This document shows, in pieces, positions 1 through 10,761 of a DNA stretch of 64,000 nucleotides. The first letter of the stretch is position 1, and each line of letters begins with the position of its first letter. Below the pieces are notes generated by a model. The model searched no databases. It was not told the DNA's origin and saw only the letters and a program-made list of their open reading frames with translations. The DNA is from a virus (taxonomy: Duplodnaviria; Caudoviricetes): positions 96,001 through 160,000 of the IMG/VR virus record IMGVR_UViG_3300030330_006619, one strand, 5' to 3'. A program made the translations under genes and the position numbers.

Positions 1-2041
1 AAGAATAGTAGAAGACCCTCACCACTTCAATGATGCTGACACAAAAATTTACACTAAATTTGATAAAAATACGGTAGATTTAACAATAGCACAGGGAGCA
101 GACCGCAAATCAAGAAACTATCTACTTTCAACGCTAGGAAATAGGCTAAGTAGTAGGTTCCTGGGGGGACGAAGTGCAAGAGCCTCAATTAAAGAAATTG
201 AGTTGCTAGACATCGGAATAGAAAGAGGTGTGGACCTTACTCTTAATCCAGGTTCACCGTATTCCAGGCACTTTGTGTTAAGAGATTATGATCTTTTCCA
301 CAATGTAAGCACGGGTTTATATACATATATTGTGGAAGTTTCTTTAAAAGATGGAATTTCTACGGCAATCGCAAATATCTACAACAGATTGCAGACGTCC
401 ATCAGCAACCTAGATGACTATATTACTCTTTCACAGGAATATATTGTGTATGGTACAAGCGGAGAGATAATAGAAGGCAATTATGATCCTGATAGCAAAA
501 TCGTATCGGAAGAGTTTAAAAATAATCAAGTTGTAATAGAGAATGTTAACACCGCGATTAACGCGCTTTCAGAATCAATTTCTTTGTTCAGTGGCAGAAA
601 ATTTACAGATAATCAGATTTTTGAATTAAGAAATTACTTGCACCCTTCTGCTTATAGCCCCGAAACCGTTGAATATTTTCGCAACTTACTGCAAAAAGTC
701 AGCTCCTGTATCATGAATATATTAAAAGGAGGAGGCAACTCTCAGCAAGATGTTCAGCAACCATTCCACTCTGATAGGTCTAGTGTTAAATACACAAGTA
801 GTGTAAATAGTGGATTGATAAAAGCGACATCGAAAACAAAAATTGTCACCAGCTCTTTTACGCCAACGACAGTTCTAAGTGACTACAGCCTTTTGGAAGC
901 CTCCCTTTCGGATACGCTTAATATTCCCAGTAGCCAAACTCAGTTGAGTGCTCCCTCTACAGCAAGGCGTGATTCAATGTTTCCAACAATTCAGAATTTT
1001 ACAGATCATCTCTCTAGGCAAAGTGATAAAAACACAATTGAATCTGGGGGTGTGAAGCCTGAGTTTTTCTATACGGTTGACCCAAATTCTTTCAAAGTTT
1101 TATCTGAGTCATCTAGTGGGGTTACTACGAGCCCTTCTGACCCACAGCCACCCTCTACGGACTTTGTAGGTTTTGGGCCTACAGATATTATTATAGACAC
1201 AAACATAGTCTTACCTCAAATTCAACAACCAATGATTCCTATGGGCCCCAATACTACGGGAGCTACACTACAGGGATTAACACAACTTGCGGATAATAGA
1301 GCTAATGTCTCAGACATAATACAGGCAATCTCTACTGGAGGTATTAATATGATTTTGGGTAAGCAAGAATATGATAGTTATTCCGCTAGTAAAAAAAGTG
1401 TTGCAGATATGGAAATTTCTTTTTACAAGAATTCTGATCCCACTAATGAAGGTACCACCAATAAGGGGGGTATTTATGCACCATATCAATTATTTGCACA
1501 ATTAGGAATGGGCTTTAATATCGGCTCTGGAGTTGTGTCAAACAATTTTGTAACCGATGCAATTTTAGACTTTCTTGGGCCAAATATTTCTGAATCTTTG
1601 GTTAAATCATTGTGTGACTCAATCAAAGAAAGCGATGAGAAAGAGGAATACGCTTCTTCTGTTTTGGAAGGAGTTAGACAACTAGCGACTTTAAGAAATG
1701 ATTTTTCGGATGTTTTTCAAATGATGGCGAATATGGCTTCTTATAACAATAGCCTTGTAACTAATGTTCCCCAAGCTAGTTCAGAAGAGTTATACATAGA
1801 AGACAATAGAGAATTTTTCATCAGAGACCCGAAGCCTTCGGATCCGTTTGATGAAGAGATAGCATCTCCTTTTATACACTCGACGGTATCAGAAGGAATA
1901 AAAATCAATTTAAATAATTTCAATGTAGACAATAGGATATCTACAGAATCAGAAAAGAAGTTTGTATTAGTTAGGCTAGCAAGAGATACTTCAGAGGCCA
2001 ATGTTATGCCTGTGAATGATAGTATATTATTAGAGGTTTAA
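1..2041 (+). CDS. Large hypothetical (probably virion) protein, 5'-truncated by the window edge
   Basis: The frame of ORF 203..2041 is open back to base 2, so the true start lies upstream. It sits in a run of structural genes; no recognisable motif. Confidence 0.55.
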   Translation, partial: RIVEDPHHFNDADTKIYTKFDKNTVDLTIAQGADRKSRNYLLSTLGNRLSSRFLGGRSARASIKEIELLDIGIERGVDLTLNPGSPYSRHFVLRDYDLFHNVSTGLYTYIVEVSLKDGISTAIANIYNRLQTSISNLDDYITLSQEYIVYGTSGEIIEGNYDPDSKIVSEEFKNNQVVIENVNTAINALSESISLFSGRKFTDNQIFELRNYLHPSAYSPETVEYFRNLLQKVSSCIMNILKGGGNSQQDVQQPFHSDRSSVKYTSSVNSGLIKATSKTKIVTSSFTPTTVLSDYSLLEASLSDTLNIPSSQTQLSAPSTARRDSMFPTIQNFTDHLSRQSDKNTIESGGVKPEFFYTVDPNSFKVLSESSSGVTTSPSDPQPPSTDFVGFGPTDIIIDTNIVLPQIQQPMIPMGPNTTGATLQGLTQLADNRANVSDIIQAISTGGINMILGKQEYDSYSASKKSVADMEISFYKNSDPTNEGTTNKGGIYAPYQLFAQLGMGFNIGSGVVSNNFVTDAILDFLGPNISESLVKSLCDSIKESDEKEEYASSVLEGVRQLATLRNDFSDVFQMMANMASYNNSLVTNVPQASSEELYIEDNREFFIRDPKPSDPFDEEIASPFIHSTVSEGIKINLNNFNVDNRISTESEKKFVLVRLARDTSEANVMPVNDSILLEV

Positions 2042-2043
2042 GG

Positions 2044-5000
2044 ATGGCGATTAATAACGAAGATCCATGTAAAGATATTAGGCCACCGAGTGTTGACTCG
2101 ACTGGTGATGAAGGTGGTGGCCAAGAAGTTCCTCCCCCGATGGAACAGGATGTACAGGATGAAACTCTAGGACTATTTCCCAGTTTTGAAATACAGGGAG
2201 AGGTTAAAGCAGTAGATAGATCTGTTCATATGATAGATCAGCATCTGTACTATCTCCCGGGATACCCAGATGAACTAAGAGCCCCAGACGGCGCGTATAA
2301 CCAGTTCATGAGGTTGAACACAAAGTCGACTAGCAGCATAGATAATACTGTGGACCCCTTCAGGTATACTGTGGGTAAAGTATACAATTCATTACACTCA
2401 GAAATCAGTGGAAGAATACAGCTACGAAATCAAAGCTATACTCCAAATCAAGTGGGCTTACGACTCCGGACTGCCCCGGTGACGCAAGCTAGGCAGCATC
2501 GCGTCCTAGGGCGAATCCCGTCGGATCCAAATATAGGGCTACCTTTTTCTGTTGAGCATTTTAATGTTTATAATTCACAACTTAATGGCGATCCAAACTC
2601 GGAATATAAAAGTCTTACTATTTTTGATGTGCGTTTTTCGATTGACAATTGGCGCCGCGTTATTGAGTATGATTATTATAGGAGGGGATATGACATTGAA
2701 ACAAACCCGCTGCCTCCGCTTATAGAACAATACAATAGTTATATCATGGGGAAAGATTACGCCGGCGCCGGGCGAGTAGGGATTCCCTTATTTCCTCTTA
2801 GAAATCCGGAGCAGGGTGATTTTGTACCAAACCGCTTTTTAGATCACACTTTTGAAGCCCCATCGGCATATTATCGAAAAGAGGTCGAAAACAGTAATCT
2901 TCCAATCCAAGATAGTGTATTAATAGAGTCGGTAGTGAATTTCGCGCCTGACCCTAATTGGGATGAAGAAGAGAGAGATATAGAACTAGAAGAGTTGGCC
3001 GCTTCCGGTGAAGTGTTAGAGATTATGGACCCTGATGAAGAAGACCTGACAGGACTACCCCAATTAATGCCAGACGACGAGGTTCCACAAGAACATCGAA
3101 TTATGAGTATATATAAGAAATTTAATATTGATTACAACAATGGCCAAAATCCGGTAATAGAAAACATGAGTCAAAGATTTCAGATCTTTCCATCAGACTC
3201 CATTCAAAGGATGTTGCACGTTAATTCAGAAGCCACTAATGTCGCAAGACAAACAAGTTTTTATGATGAGGCCTCTGAATTGCTGAATTCACATGCAAAG
3301 ATATCTTTTAGCATGCATCATAATACTAGTCAAGATAGTATAGTAAGTATGATGTCAAGAACAGAATTCGACCCAGATAGCGAAGAGTCCCACGATGCTG
3401 TGGATGCTTATATTTTTAACCTTATGGTTGCGAAGTACCCTAGCGATGGGACATTTTTCACACAAATCATAGACCAGACATTAACATTTTTTGACCCGGT
3501 TGATAGAGAGGCCCAGGGTCAAGTCGATTATTTTGGCTTAAATGATAAAGTAAAGAGAGACTACAGACCACAAAGCTTACTGGATTTGCCTTCAATAATG
3601 AACAGATATTATACACCCGGAGGCTCTGAGGCCAGGAATATAAAAGAAGAAAATTTTCCACTGGGAATTCATCAACACACAGCGCTAGGGGAAATGAGTC
3701 TTAAATTTGATCATTTAAAAGCCGACATACTCTCTGAACATGGATTTTCAAGAAGCTACAGAGATATATTAACAGGAAGGAAAGCACATTCAGAGGTAAT
3801 CGGATACAGAATAGAAAAAGTAGACACTTTTTCAAATCGAGTGTTGCAAGATTTTTATATATTTAATGATCCGGATATTGTTGAGTTTGATTTTTTGGAT
3901 ACACAAGTAGTGTATTCAAAGCAGTATACCTATAAAATATATACAATTAATTTAGTTATAGGAAATCAATATAGATATGAGATCTCAGACGACGCCGACG
4001 GCATCAGCGCGCCCCTAAACAGTGATATGGGAACCGATATAGAGCTGGGGCAATACCAAAGAAACACAAGAGGCCGAATTAACGATTCTAGATTTATACC
4101 TGAGTCGGGACTCCGTATTATAGGGGGTGGTTCTTCAGGTTTTCAGGCTAGACTAGAAGTCAAAGCAAGGTCCAAGCCGATGATATCTATAATAGAGGCG
4201 CCGTATTTTCAGCAAACTATAACAATAGGAGATTTACCTCCATTGTATCCAGAAGTCAGGTATCAGCCATACGCCGGCGAAGATACTTTAGTAGAATTCG
4301 TATTTAGTCCTAGGGCGGGTAGTTTAGTGGAAGAGCCAATAGCGATTCTTCCTACTGATAGAGAAATCTTAAATAAGATGACAACATCTCAAGTCCCAGA
4401 TAACGAAGGAAAAATAAAGTACTCATTTGATTCAAATGTAAGAAGGTACGAAATCTTACTACTTGAAGAGCCACCGGTAAGCTATTTAAGTTTTGCAAAC
4501 AGTCGTTTAATAAAAGTTTCGGGCAGGGCTCCATCTAAGAATTTAAGAGTTGTGCCAAACAAAGATTATTATGTGTGTTTTAGGTCCGTCGACGACGCTG
4601 GTTTTTCAAACCCTAGTCCAGTTTATAGATATAATTTGCAAAGTTATGGAAATGGAATAGAGCATATATTTGAAATTTTTGATTTTGTTGAACAAAACAG
4701 CTATAGAATGACGAGACAAGAAATGACACTAGAAAGTACTGTCAGTGTAAAACCGTCAGTAATGCAAAGAACGGTCAATTTTTCAGGAATAATTGACGAA
4801 GGTCAGACGGAAATGCAACTTGAAAATTTTACTACCGCACCCTCTGTAGAAGAATTGACTTTGGGAAATGTAAACCCAGAAGATTCTATTTGGAATAGAA
4901 AATTTAAATTTAGATTTATCTCAAGAACAACAGGAAAAACAATAGATTTTAATATTAAATTTAAACAGTTTAGAAAAGTAGGTGAACTTTATAACCAGAT

Positions 5001-5232
5001 TGTACGTTATGCCGTCAACATCCCCGGGCTGGGTGCAGGTGTTGATATCGCCTCTGTAGCTCAATCTCTAACAAATCGCACACAGTCCTACCAGGAAAGG
5101 ATTGCATCAAATCGTGCTGATTCTAATAACAGAACGAGAGGGATTGCCACGCGGGAAGAAAATATTGAAACTATAACGAGATTTGAGAATTTCACCCCAC
5201 TTGACATAAACAATGATTCAGGAGATTATTAA
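2044..5232 (+). CDS. Large virion structural protein with beta-sandwich/FN3-like segments
   Basis: 1062-aa ORF. The segments YRIEK...DTQVVYSKQYTYKIY and YYVCFRSVD..GFSNPS resemble FN3/Ig strands; it precedes baseplate genes. Confidence 0.45.
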   Translation: MAINNEDPCKDIRPPSVDSTGDEGGGQEVPPPMEQDVQDETLGLFPSFEIQGEVKAVDRSVHMIDQHLYYLPGYPDELRAPDGAYNQFMRLNTKSTSSIDNTVDPFRYTVGKVYNSLHSEISGRIQLRNQSYTPNQVGLRLRTAPVTQARQHRVLGRIPSDPNIGLPFSVEHFNVYNSQLNGDPNSEYKSLTIFDVRFSIDNWRRVIEYDYYRRGYDIETNPLPPLIEQYNSYIMGKDYAGAGRVGIPLFPLRNPEQGDFVPNRFLDHTFEAPSAYYRKEVENSNLPIQDSVLIESVVNFAPDPNWDEEERDIELEELAASGEVLEIMDPDEEDLTGLPQLMPDDEVPQEHRIMSIYKKFNIDYNNGQNPVIENMSQRFQIFPSDSIQRMLHVNSEATNVARQTSFYDEASELLNSHAKISFSMHHNTSQDSIVSMMSRTEFDPDSEESHDAVDAYIFNLMVAKYPSDGTFFTQIIDQTLTFFDPVDREAQGQVDYFGLNDKVKRDYRPQSLLDLPSIMNRYYTPGGSEARNIKEENFPLGIHQHTALGEMSLKFDHLKADILSEHGFSRSYRDILTGRKAHSEVIGYRIEKVDTFSNRVLQDFYIFNDPDIVEFDFLDTQVVYSKQYTYKIYTINLVIGNQYRYEISDDADGISAPLNSDMGTDIELGQYQRNTRGRINDSRFIPESGLRIIGGGSSGFQARLEVKARSKPMISIIEAPYFQQTITIGDLPPLYPEVRYQPYAGEDTLVEFVFSPRAGSLVEEPIAILPTDREILNKMTTSQVPDNEGKIKYSFDSNVRRYEILLLEEPPVSYLSFANSRLIKVSGRAPSKNLRVVPNKDYYVCFRSVDDAGFSNPSPVYRYNLQSYGNGIEHIFEIFDFVEQNSYRMTRQEMTLESTVSVKPSVMQRTVNFSGIIDEGQTEMQLENFTTAPSVEELTLGNVNPEDSIWNRKFKFRFISRTTGKTIDFNIKFKQFRKVGELYNQIVRYAVNIPGLGAGVDIASVAQSLTNRTQSYQERIASNRADSNNRTRGIATREENIETITRFENFTPLDINNDSGDY

Positions 5233-5266
5233 AACAATAAATAATAAGATTTATTGTCTATAAAAT

Positions 5267-5275
5267 ACTATTTAT
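5267..5275 (+). promoter_or_regulatory. Putative late promoter ACTATTTAT
   Basis: Recurrent ACTAnTTA motif about 30 nt upstream of the structural gene at 5306. Confidence 0.6.
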
Positions 5276-5305
5276 TATTAGTTTTAGTTTGAAAGGAGTT
5301 TTATA

Positions 5306-6343
5306 ATGGCTTTTATTGATAATTCAGGTGATATTATACTAGACGCAGTGTTGACGGACTTGGGACGGCAAAGACTAGCGGAGGGAAGGTTTCAGATAAG
5401 TAAATTCGCCTTAGGCGACGAGGAGATAAATTATGCTCTCTATGACCCCACCGATTCCAGAGGCTCTTCTCACTATGATCTTAAGATACTTCAAACACCA
5501 ATTTTAGAAGCTTTTACTAGTGACCAGTCTTTGATGAAATCAAAGTTGATAACTTTATCAAGAGATAATATATTATACATGCCAATATTAAAGGTTAACA
5601 ACAAAGCAAATAGCCCACAAGTAAGGCCACACCCTGATTTAGATGGCGGATTTTATTTGCTAGCAGACAAAACCACGGCAGAGAAAAATGACACCAGAGT
5701 AGGAACACATAAGCATGGTATCTTGCATGGAGTCCCTGGCCATTTTGCTGAAACAACAACACACATTGATATCGATCAAGGAATAGATTCTACAGACAAT
5801 GGCTTGAATATAGCAGTTATGCTTGATTCAAGCTTAAAGGAAACCTCCTTTATGGTGAAGGTCGACGAAAGGCTACTAACATTGGATGCCTTTATGGAGA
5901 CAGGTAGGTCTGAATCACTTATTCCAAGATTTGTAGATGATGACGGTATAGCCACTTATTATGTAACAATGGGTGGCGCCGCTGGAGACAGCGCTATTTT
6001 GACAGATAGAGATAGCAGATTTACATATAGAACAAGAAACGATATTGACACCGGTAAGACCCAAGCAGAGCTTGATATCATAGGCAACAAGGAGATGTTT
6101 GGAGGCCCATTAGGAAATGTTTTAAGAATAGCTCCAAGAGCCTCACAGAGAATTCAGCAGGCATCAACCTTGTTTGATGTTCTGGGAACAACTGTTTCGG
6201 GAGGAACACCATTTGTTCTCACAAACAATACATCTGACAATATGACCAGCTACAAATTCATTGACACTACAATGAATGTCACCGGGGTAACAACTGGGTA
6301 CTCAATAGACGTTCATATTAGAATAATAAAAGGTACTTTTTAG
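5306..6343 (+). CDS. Baseplate/tail-collar structural protein
   Basis: N-terminal DAVLTDLGRQRLA...KFALGDEEINY motif resembles the start of tail-collar/baseplate attachment domains; AAGGAG RBS. Confidence 0.55.
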   Translation: MAFIDNSGDIILDAVLTDLGRQRLAEGRFQISKFALGDEEINYALYDPTDSRGSSHYDLKILQTPILEAFTSDQSLMKSKLITLSRDNILYMPILKVNNKANSPQVRPHPDLDGGFYLLADKTTAEKNDTRVGTHKHGILHGVPGHFAETTTHIDIDQGIDSTDNGLNIAVMLDSSLKETSFMVKVDERLLTLDAFMETGRSESLIPRFVDDDGIATYYVTMGGAAGDSAILTDRDSRFTYRTRNDIDTGKTQAELDIIGNKEMFGGPLGNVLRIAPRASQRIQQASTLFDVLGTTVSGGTPFVLTNNTSDNMTSYKFIDTTMNVTGVTTGYSIDVHIRIIKGTF

Positions 6344-6361
6344 TTTATTTAGGAGATAAGA

Positions 6362-7450
6362 ATGGCAATTTCATTTAAGACACTTACACAGGATGACAAA
6401 ACGACATCACGGACACTTTTGCATGAGGCTATACCAATAACCGGAACGCTTTTATCTGGTACTTACTCGTCCTCGCGCCCATATAGAGAGACGAATATTA
6501 AAACTTACTCTCATGGTATGTTTCAATCAGTATATGATTACCCTTTTGCTTCATCATCGGCAAATCATATTTTTGATATAACTGCTGGTTTTAGCACAGC
6601 ATCATCTGCGCACGGATCTTTGTCTTCTTCTGCAACAGCAACAGCAGATGCATCACAGCAGTCCAAGAAGGTAAACATTTATAATCAAATGGCGCAAGTT
6701 CTTGTGGGCTATGATTCAAATGGCAAGGTTCGGCGTTTTGATCAAGATGGAGACCTGTCATCTGGAGCAAAGCATGAAAACGTAGTGTTTCTAAATTTTG
6801 CTAGATTGCTTGTGAAAGACGAAATAAAGAAGGGTTCTTTTTCCATGGTGTTGGGCAACCAAAGTTGGCTTACTCCTTTTAAAGCAGGAAGTTCTCCTCA
6901 TGCTGGCGTAACAATCACAGATGCTGATGCTGCAAACTCTTATAAGGTTAATTCCCCAGCTGGAGAATATGGCGTACTTAAGCAGGGAACGGTTAAGGTC
7001 GGGCTAATATATTATCAAGCTGGCATAGTGGTATTAAATCTTTCCGCGTCACTTGGCGCAGCACAAATGATGCAGCATAATGCATCTCAGTCTGCAGATC
7101 TAGTGTTTACGAAGGAATCAATAGATACTCTTGCAGACGGCCTTAGAAGAAGAATTAAGAGCATATCATTTAACAACACTACAGAACTAAACTCTTCTAT
7201 ATTCTTTTGCCGAGCAAACCATAAAGAATTTAATTATAGCTCAAACCCAACATACCTTGATGGTAGTAAAATTAGGGTGAAAAAGACTGGAGACTTAACA
7301 AACGAGAGAGAGAGTTTGCCGCTTTCTTATATTACTACTGTTGGCCTATATTCACCAAAGAATGAACTTCTGGCAGTCGCAAAACTTTCAGAGCCCCTTA
7401 GGAAAGACCCTACTAACGAGCTTACCTTGAGGGTTAGATTGGATTACTAA
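6362..7450 (+). CDS. Baseplate/virion structural protein
   Basis: C-terminal EFNYSSNPTY...YITTVGLY..NELLAVAKLSEP..K...RLDY motif; AGGAG RBS. Confidence 0.55.
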   Translation: MAISFKTLTQDDKTTSRTLLHEAIPITGTLLSGTYSSSRPYRETNIKTYSHGMFQSVYDYPFASSSANHIFDITAGFSTASSAHGSLSSSATATADASQQSKKVNIYNQMAQVLVGYDSNGKVRRFDQDGDLSSGAKHENVVFLNFARLLVKDEIKKGSFSMVLGNQSWLTPFKAGSSPHAGVTITDADAANSYKVNSPAGEYGVLKQGTVKVGLIYYQAGIVVLNLSASLGAAQMMQHNASQSADLVFTKESIDTLADGLRRRIKSISFNNTTELNSSIFFCRANHKEFNYSSNPTYLDGSKIRVKKTGDLTNERESLPLSYITTVGLYSPKNELLAVAKLSEPLRKDPTNELTLRVRLDY

Positions 7451-7452
7451 AA

Positions 7453-8661
7453 ATGAGCTTCAAAAGGTTTAAAGCTCAAGATGTGATCAACAATGTCATA
7501 GTCGCAAAGCCAGAGATAAATTTTATCGTCCATTCAGGAAGCGTCTTTTATAAAAGAGAGAGGCTTATCTCTGGGTCCTTTAGCTCTGAAAAACCTTTAG
7601 TCAATCATATAGATAATGGTCACCTTAGTCTGCTTGGTTTAAATGTTGATAGGCCACAAGAATCACTAATATATTCTTTTATAGAAAAGGATAGTACCCG
7701 ATTCGCGCATAAAACAGTAAGCACAAGCAACTTTGATGATAGGAATCAATTTAGATACGGGGAAGTTTTAAAGCAGAACTATCCACTCAGCGCGTCTTTA
7801 AGCAGAATTATCATTCCTGAAGGTCAAGAATTTGACACTAATGTGGGAACTGATTCCGAACAGCTAGCACACAATAACAAAAAATACATTAGAGCCTTAA
7901 GAAACCCAATCAATATGGATATCAGAATCGGCCCCAACAATGAATATGGTGCTCTGGGCACAAAGGCAGTAAATCTTATTTGCATTCCAGGAATCTTTTA
8001 TGGGTCATCAGTTGATAGAGGTTCGATAGAATTAAATTACTATCTCACTGGTACATTAGTAGCTACAGCTAAGGATTTGTATTCTGATGGTAGGTTAATA
8101 CAAACAAAGGGTCCAACGACAGGACAGCAGGTTGGAATAGCTATATACAACCAAGGTATTCTAGTATTAACAGGCTCTGAGTCTTTGCACTCTAATCATG
8201 TTGGAAAATTTCTATCACCAGCTTCAAACTCTTCTCCAAGTTGGTTAAACTTTGGAACGGGCATCCCTCAGGTGGGAACCTATACAGCTCATGGTACCGA
8301 GCCAAGTTCTTCTTATTCAGTTCAATGTAAAGGTATAAATAAGATACCAACAATTACTATGTTTGCATATGCAAAAGAGGGTGAGTTTAATTTTTCTCAT
8401 AATCCGACATTTTTAAGCATGTCTTCCGGGGATGATTATACGCAAAACCAGTCTTTTTACATTGAAACTAAAAAGAAAATTAGAAAGATAAACAAATCTG
8501 ATTATACAAATTATCACGAACCATTTGAAAACCACACCTACATCTCTAAGGTAGGAATTTACGACGAAAACAAAAATTTGATAGCCATCGCTAGTTTAGC
8601 TAATCCAATTAAAAAAACCGAAAAAAGAGAATTCATGATAAAAATGAAACTGGATTTTTAA
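7453..8661 (+). CDS. Baseplate/virion structural protein, C-terminal paralogue of the upstream gene
   Basis: EFNFSHNPTF...TYISKVGIYDENKNLIAIASLANPIKK...KLDF aligns by eye with the C-terminus of 6362..7450. Confidence 0.55.
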   Translation: MSFKRFKAQDVINNVIVAKPEINFIVHSGSVFYKRERLISGSFSSEKPLVNHIDNGHLSLLGLNVDRPQESLIYSFIEKDSTRFAHKTVSTSNFDDRNQFRYGEVLKQNYPLSASLSRIIIPEGQEFDTNVGTDSEQLAHNNKKYIRALRNPINMDIRIGPNNEYGALGTKAVNLICIPGIFYGSSVDRGSIELNYYLTGTLVATAKDLYSDGRLIQTKGPTTGQQVGIAIYNQGILVLTGSESLHSNHVGKFLSPASNSSPSWLNFGTGIPQVGTYTAHGTEPSSSYSVQCKGINKIPTITMFAYAKEGEFNFSHNPTFLSMSSGDDYTQNQSFYIETKKKIRKINKSDYTNYHEPFENHTYISKVGIYDENKNLIAIASLANPIKKTEKREFMIKMKLDF

Positions 8662-9342
8662 ATGGACCATAAGATTAAAAAGATGAAGTTTCTGGCGATA
8701 AAGTTATCAGCCTTAAAATCAGAACTAAAAATATCCAGAGACATTTTAGAAACAGCCTCAAGGGAGGTTAACGAGATGTATCAAGATAAATTCTTTCCGG
8801 AAGTTTCAACACCGGTTGAAAGTAGTGATAACAAAGACCTAGACAACAAAGAGCCGGAGCAAGAGCAGCAAGAGCCCAAACCAAACCAACAAAAACAGGA
8901 AGAACAAAGTAAACAGGCTGAGGAAAGCCAAGAAATATCTGAAACGAAAAATAAAAATGCAGACCCAGAAGTAAAGAAGCTTTGGCGAAAAATCTCTTTT
9001 AAAATACACCCTGACAAATTAATTGGACTTGAAGATGGGTTTGAAAAGGAAAAGAAAACTAATTTATACGCCAAAGCTCGCGCGGCGTATGAAGACAACG
9101 ATATAATTATTTTATCTGACGTGGCTTTAGAAATAGGCATTGAGATTCCAGAAATTTCTGAAGAAAGACTAAAAAAAGCAGAAAAAGAAATTTCTAATAT
9201 AAAAAAAGAACTAAATCATATAGAATCTACATTTGTGTGGAATTGGTTTTTCACAGAAAATAGAAAAAAGAAAGATGCAATCTTAGAAAGGTTGTTTAAA
9301 TTAATGTATGAAGCAAACAACAAAGACAATCTTGGGTCTTGA
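8662..9342 (+). CDS. J-domain (DnaJ-like) co-chaperone protein
   Basis: VKKLWRKISFKIHPDK...LYAKARAAYE matches J-domain helix II-HPD-helix III, flanked by coiled-coil segments. Confidence 0.7.
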   Translation: MDHKIKKMKFLAIKLSALKSELKISRDILETASREVNEMYQDKFFPEVSTPVESSDNKDLDNKEPEQEQQEPKPNQQKQEEQSKQAEESQEISETKNKNADPEVKKLWRKISFKIHPDKLIGLEDGFEKEKKTNLYAKARAAYEDNDIIILSDVALEIGIEIPEISEERLKKAEKEISNIKKELNHIESTFVWNWFFTENRKKKDAILERLFKLMYEANNKDNLGS

Positions 9343-9859
9343 TATATCAACCTCTATCACAGGGGCAACAGTAATCCAAGATGGTAATATAATTGAAAGC
9401 ATCTACTGGGACACTAGAAATAAAAGAAAATTTCCTTCCTTATATGAAAAGGCAGATTTACTTCAAAAAGATCTCTGGACTATAAAAACTAAGTATGATA
9501 TAACAGATATATATGTAGAGCAGTCGCTGCAATCATTTAGAAGTGGTTTCTCTTCTGCAAAGACACTTTCGACTCTTGCTCGTTTCAATGGCATAGTATC
9601 ATGGAACTGTTATAAAGCTTTTGATATTAAGCCTGAAATGATAGCTGCCTCTTCAGCTCGCAAGCTTGCAGGTGTCGAAATAAAAAGAGGCGAAAATGCA
9701 AAACAAAAAGTTCTTCAGTTTATTCTTGACAAATATCCGCAGATTACGATAGAATATACAAAACACGGAAATCCAAAGCCTGGAATGCTGGATATGTGTG
9801 ATAGTATAATTATAGCGCTAGCGGGTGATAAAATTGTCAGAGAAACTCAAACTACTTAA
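9308..9859 (+). CDS. RuvC-like Holliday junction resolvase
   Basis: ILGLDISTSITG, IYVEQ and C-terminal DMCDS acidic residues of the RuvC/RNase H fold. Confidence 0.8.
   Translation: MKQTTKTILGLDISTSITGATVIQDGNIIESIYWDTRNKRKFPSLYEKADLLQKDLWTIKTKYDITDIYVEQSLQSFRSGFSSAKTLSTLARFNGIVSWNCYKAFDIKPEMIAASSARKLAGVEIKRGENAKQKVLQFILDKYPQITIEYTKHGNPKPGMLDMCDSIIIALAGDKIVRETQTT
9726..9755 (+). promoter_or_regulatory. sigma70-type promoter within the resolvase 3' end, upstream of primase
   Basis: TTGACA-N18-TAGAAT. Confidence 0.55.
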
Positions 9860-10751
9860 AAACGCTTTCGGCCGATGCTGGTCGAATGGCCACGAACATT
9901 TATTTACTTGTCCGAAGTGCAACCACCATAAGCGTAAGTTATCCGTAAACATTGACAAAGATGTATTTAAATGTTGGATTTGTGATTATTCTGGAACAAA
10001 GATCTCTCCACTTATCCGTAAGTTTGCTCCGTCTTATTACGCTGATTGGCGTACTATGTCAGGAGAAGTGGATCTTTCAAAATATGATACTATTTTCGCT
10101 GAACAAATATCAGAGCCACCACAAATTATCGACCTACCAGAAAACTTTCAAACTCTCACCGGCAAAAAGACCAACCTTAAAAGGAGGGCGTTAAACTACC
10201 TTTATTCTCGTGGTTTTACTGATAAAGATATCTTAATGTGGAAGATAGGCTTCTGTGACTACGGCGAGTATCAAGACAGGATTATTGTTCCAAGTTTTGA
10301 TAGTTTTGGTAACGTCAACTTTTTTATAGCAAGATCGTACACAGATGATTGGATGAAGTACAAGAACCCCAAAGTAAGCAAGGATATAATTTTTAATGAT
10401 TTAAATGTTGACTGGGACGAAGACATAATTTTGACTGAGGGTGTGTTTGATGCGATGAAGTGTAATAACGCAATACCATTGCTTGGTTCGACCCTGAGAG
10501 AGAACTCAAGATTATTTCAAAAAATATGTGAACGCAAACCAGATGTGTACCTGGCCCTAGACGAAGATGCTAAAGGAAAAGAATTCGGAATAGCAAAGAA
10601 GTTAAGAGAATACGGCATAAAGGTTATGTCTATTAATGTCAGCGGCTATTCAGATATCGGAGAGATGCCACAAGAAGTGGTAGAACAAAGAAAACAAAAT
10701 GCGGACATTGTTTCCGATTTAGACTATTTACATTATAAACTTGACTTTTAG
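9825..10751 (+). CDS. DNA primase (T4 gp61/DnaG-like)
   Basis: Zinc finger CPKC-H...CWIC, YLYSRG, and TOPRIM motifs EGVFDA and LDEDA. Confidence 0.9.
   Translation: MIKLSEKLKLLKNAFGRCWSNGHEHLFTCPKCNHHKRKLSVNIDKDVFKCWICDYSGTKISPLIRKFAPSYYADWRTMSGEVDLSKYDTIFAEQISEPPQIIDLPENFQTLTGKKTNLKRRALNYLYSRGFTDKDILMWKIGFCDYGEYQDRIIVPSFDSFGNVNFFIARSYTDDWMKYKNPKVSKDIIFNDLNVDWDEDIILTEGVFDAMKCNNAIPLLGSTLRENSRLFQKICERKPDVYLALDEDAKGKEFGIAKKLREYGIKVMSINVSGYSDIGEMPQEVVEQRKQNADIVSDLDYLHYKLDF
10723..10731 (+). promoter_or_regulatory. Putative late promoter ACTATTTAC within the primase 3' end
   Basis: Motif match about 30 nt upstream of the ATG at 10762. Confidence 0.5.
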
Positions 10752-10761
10752 GGAGACCAAA

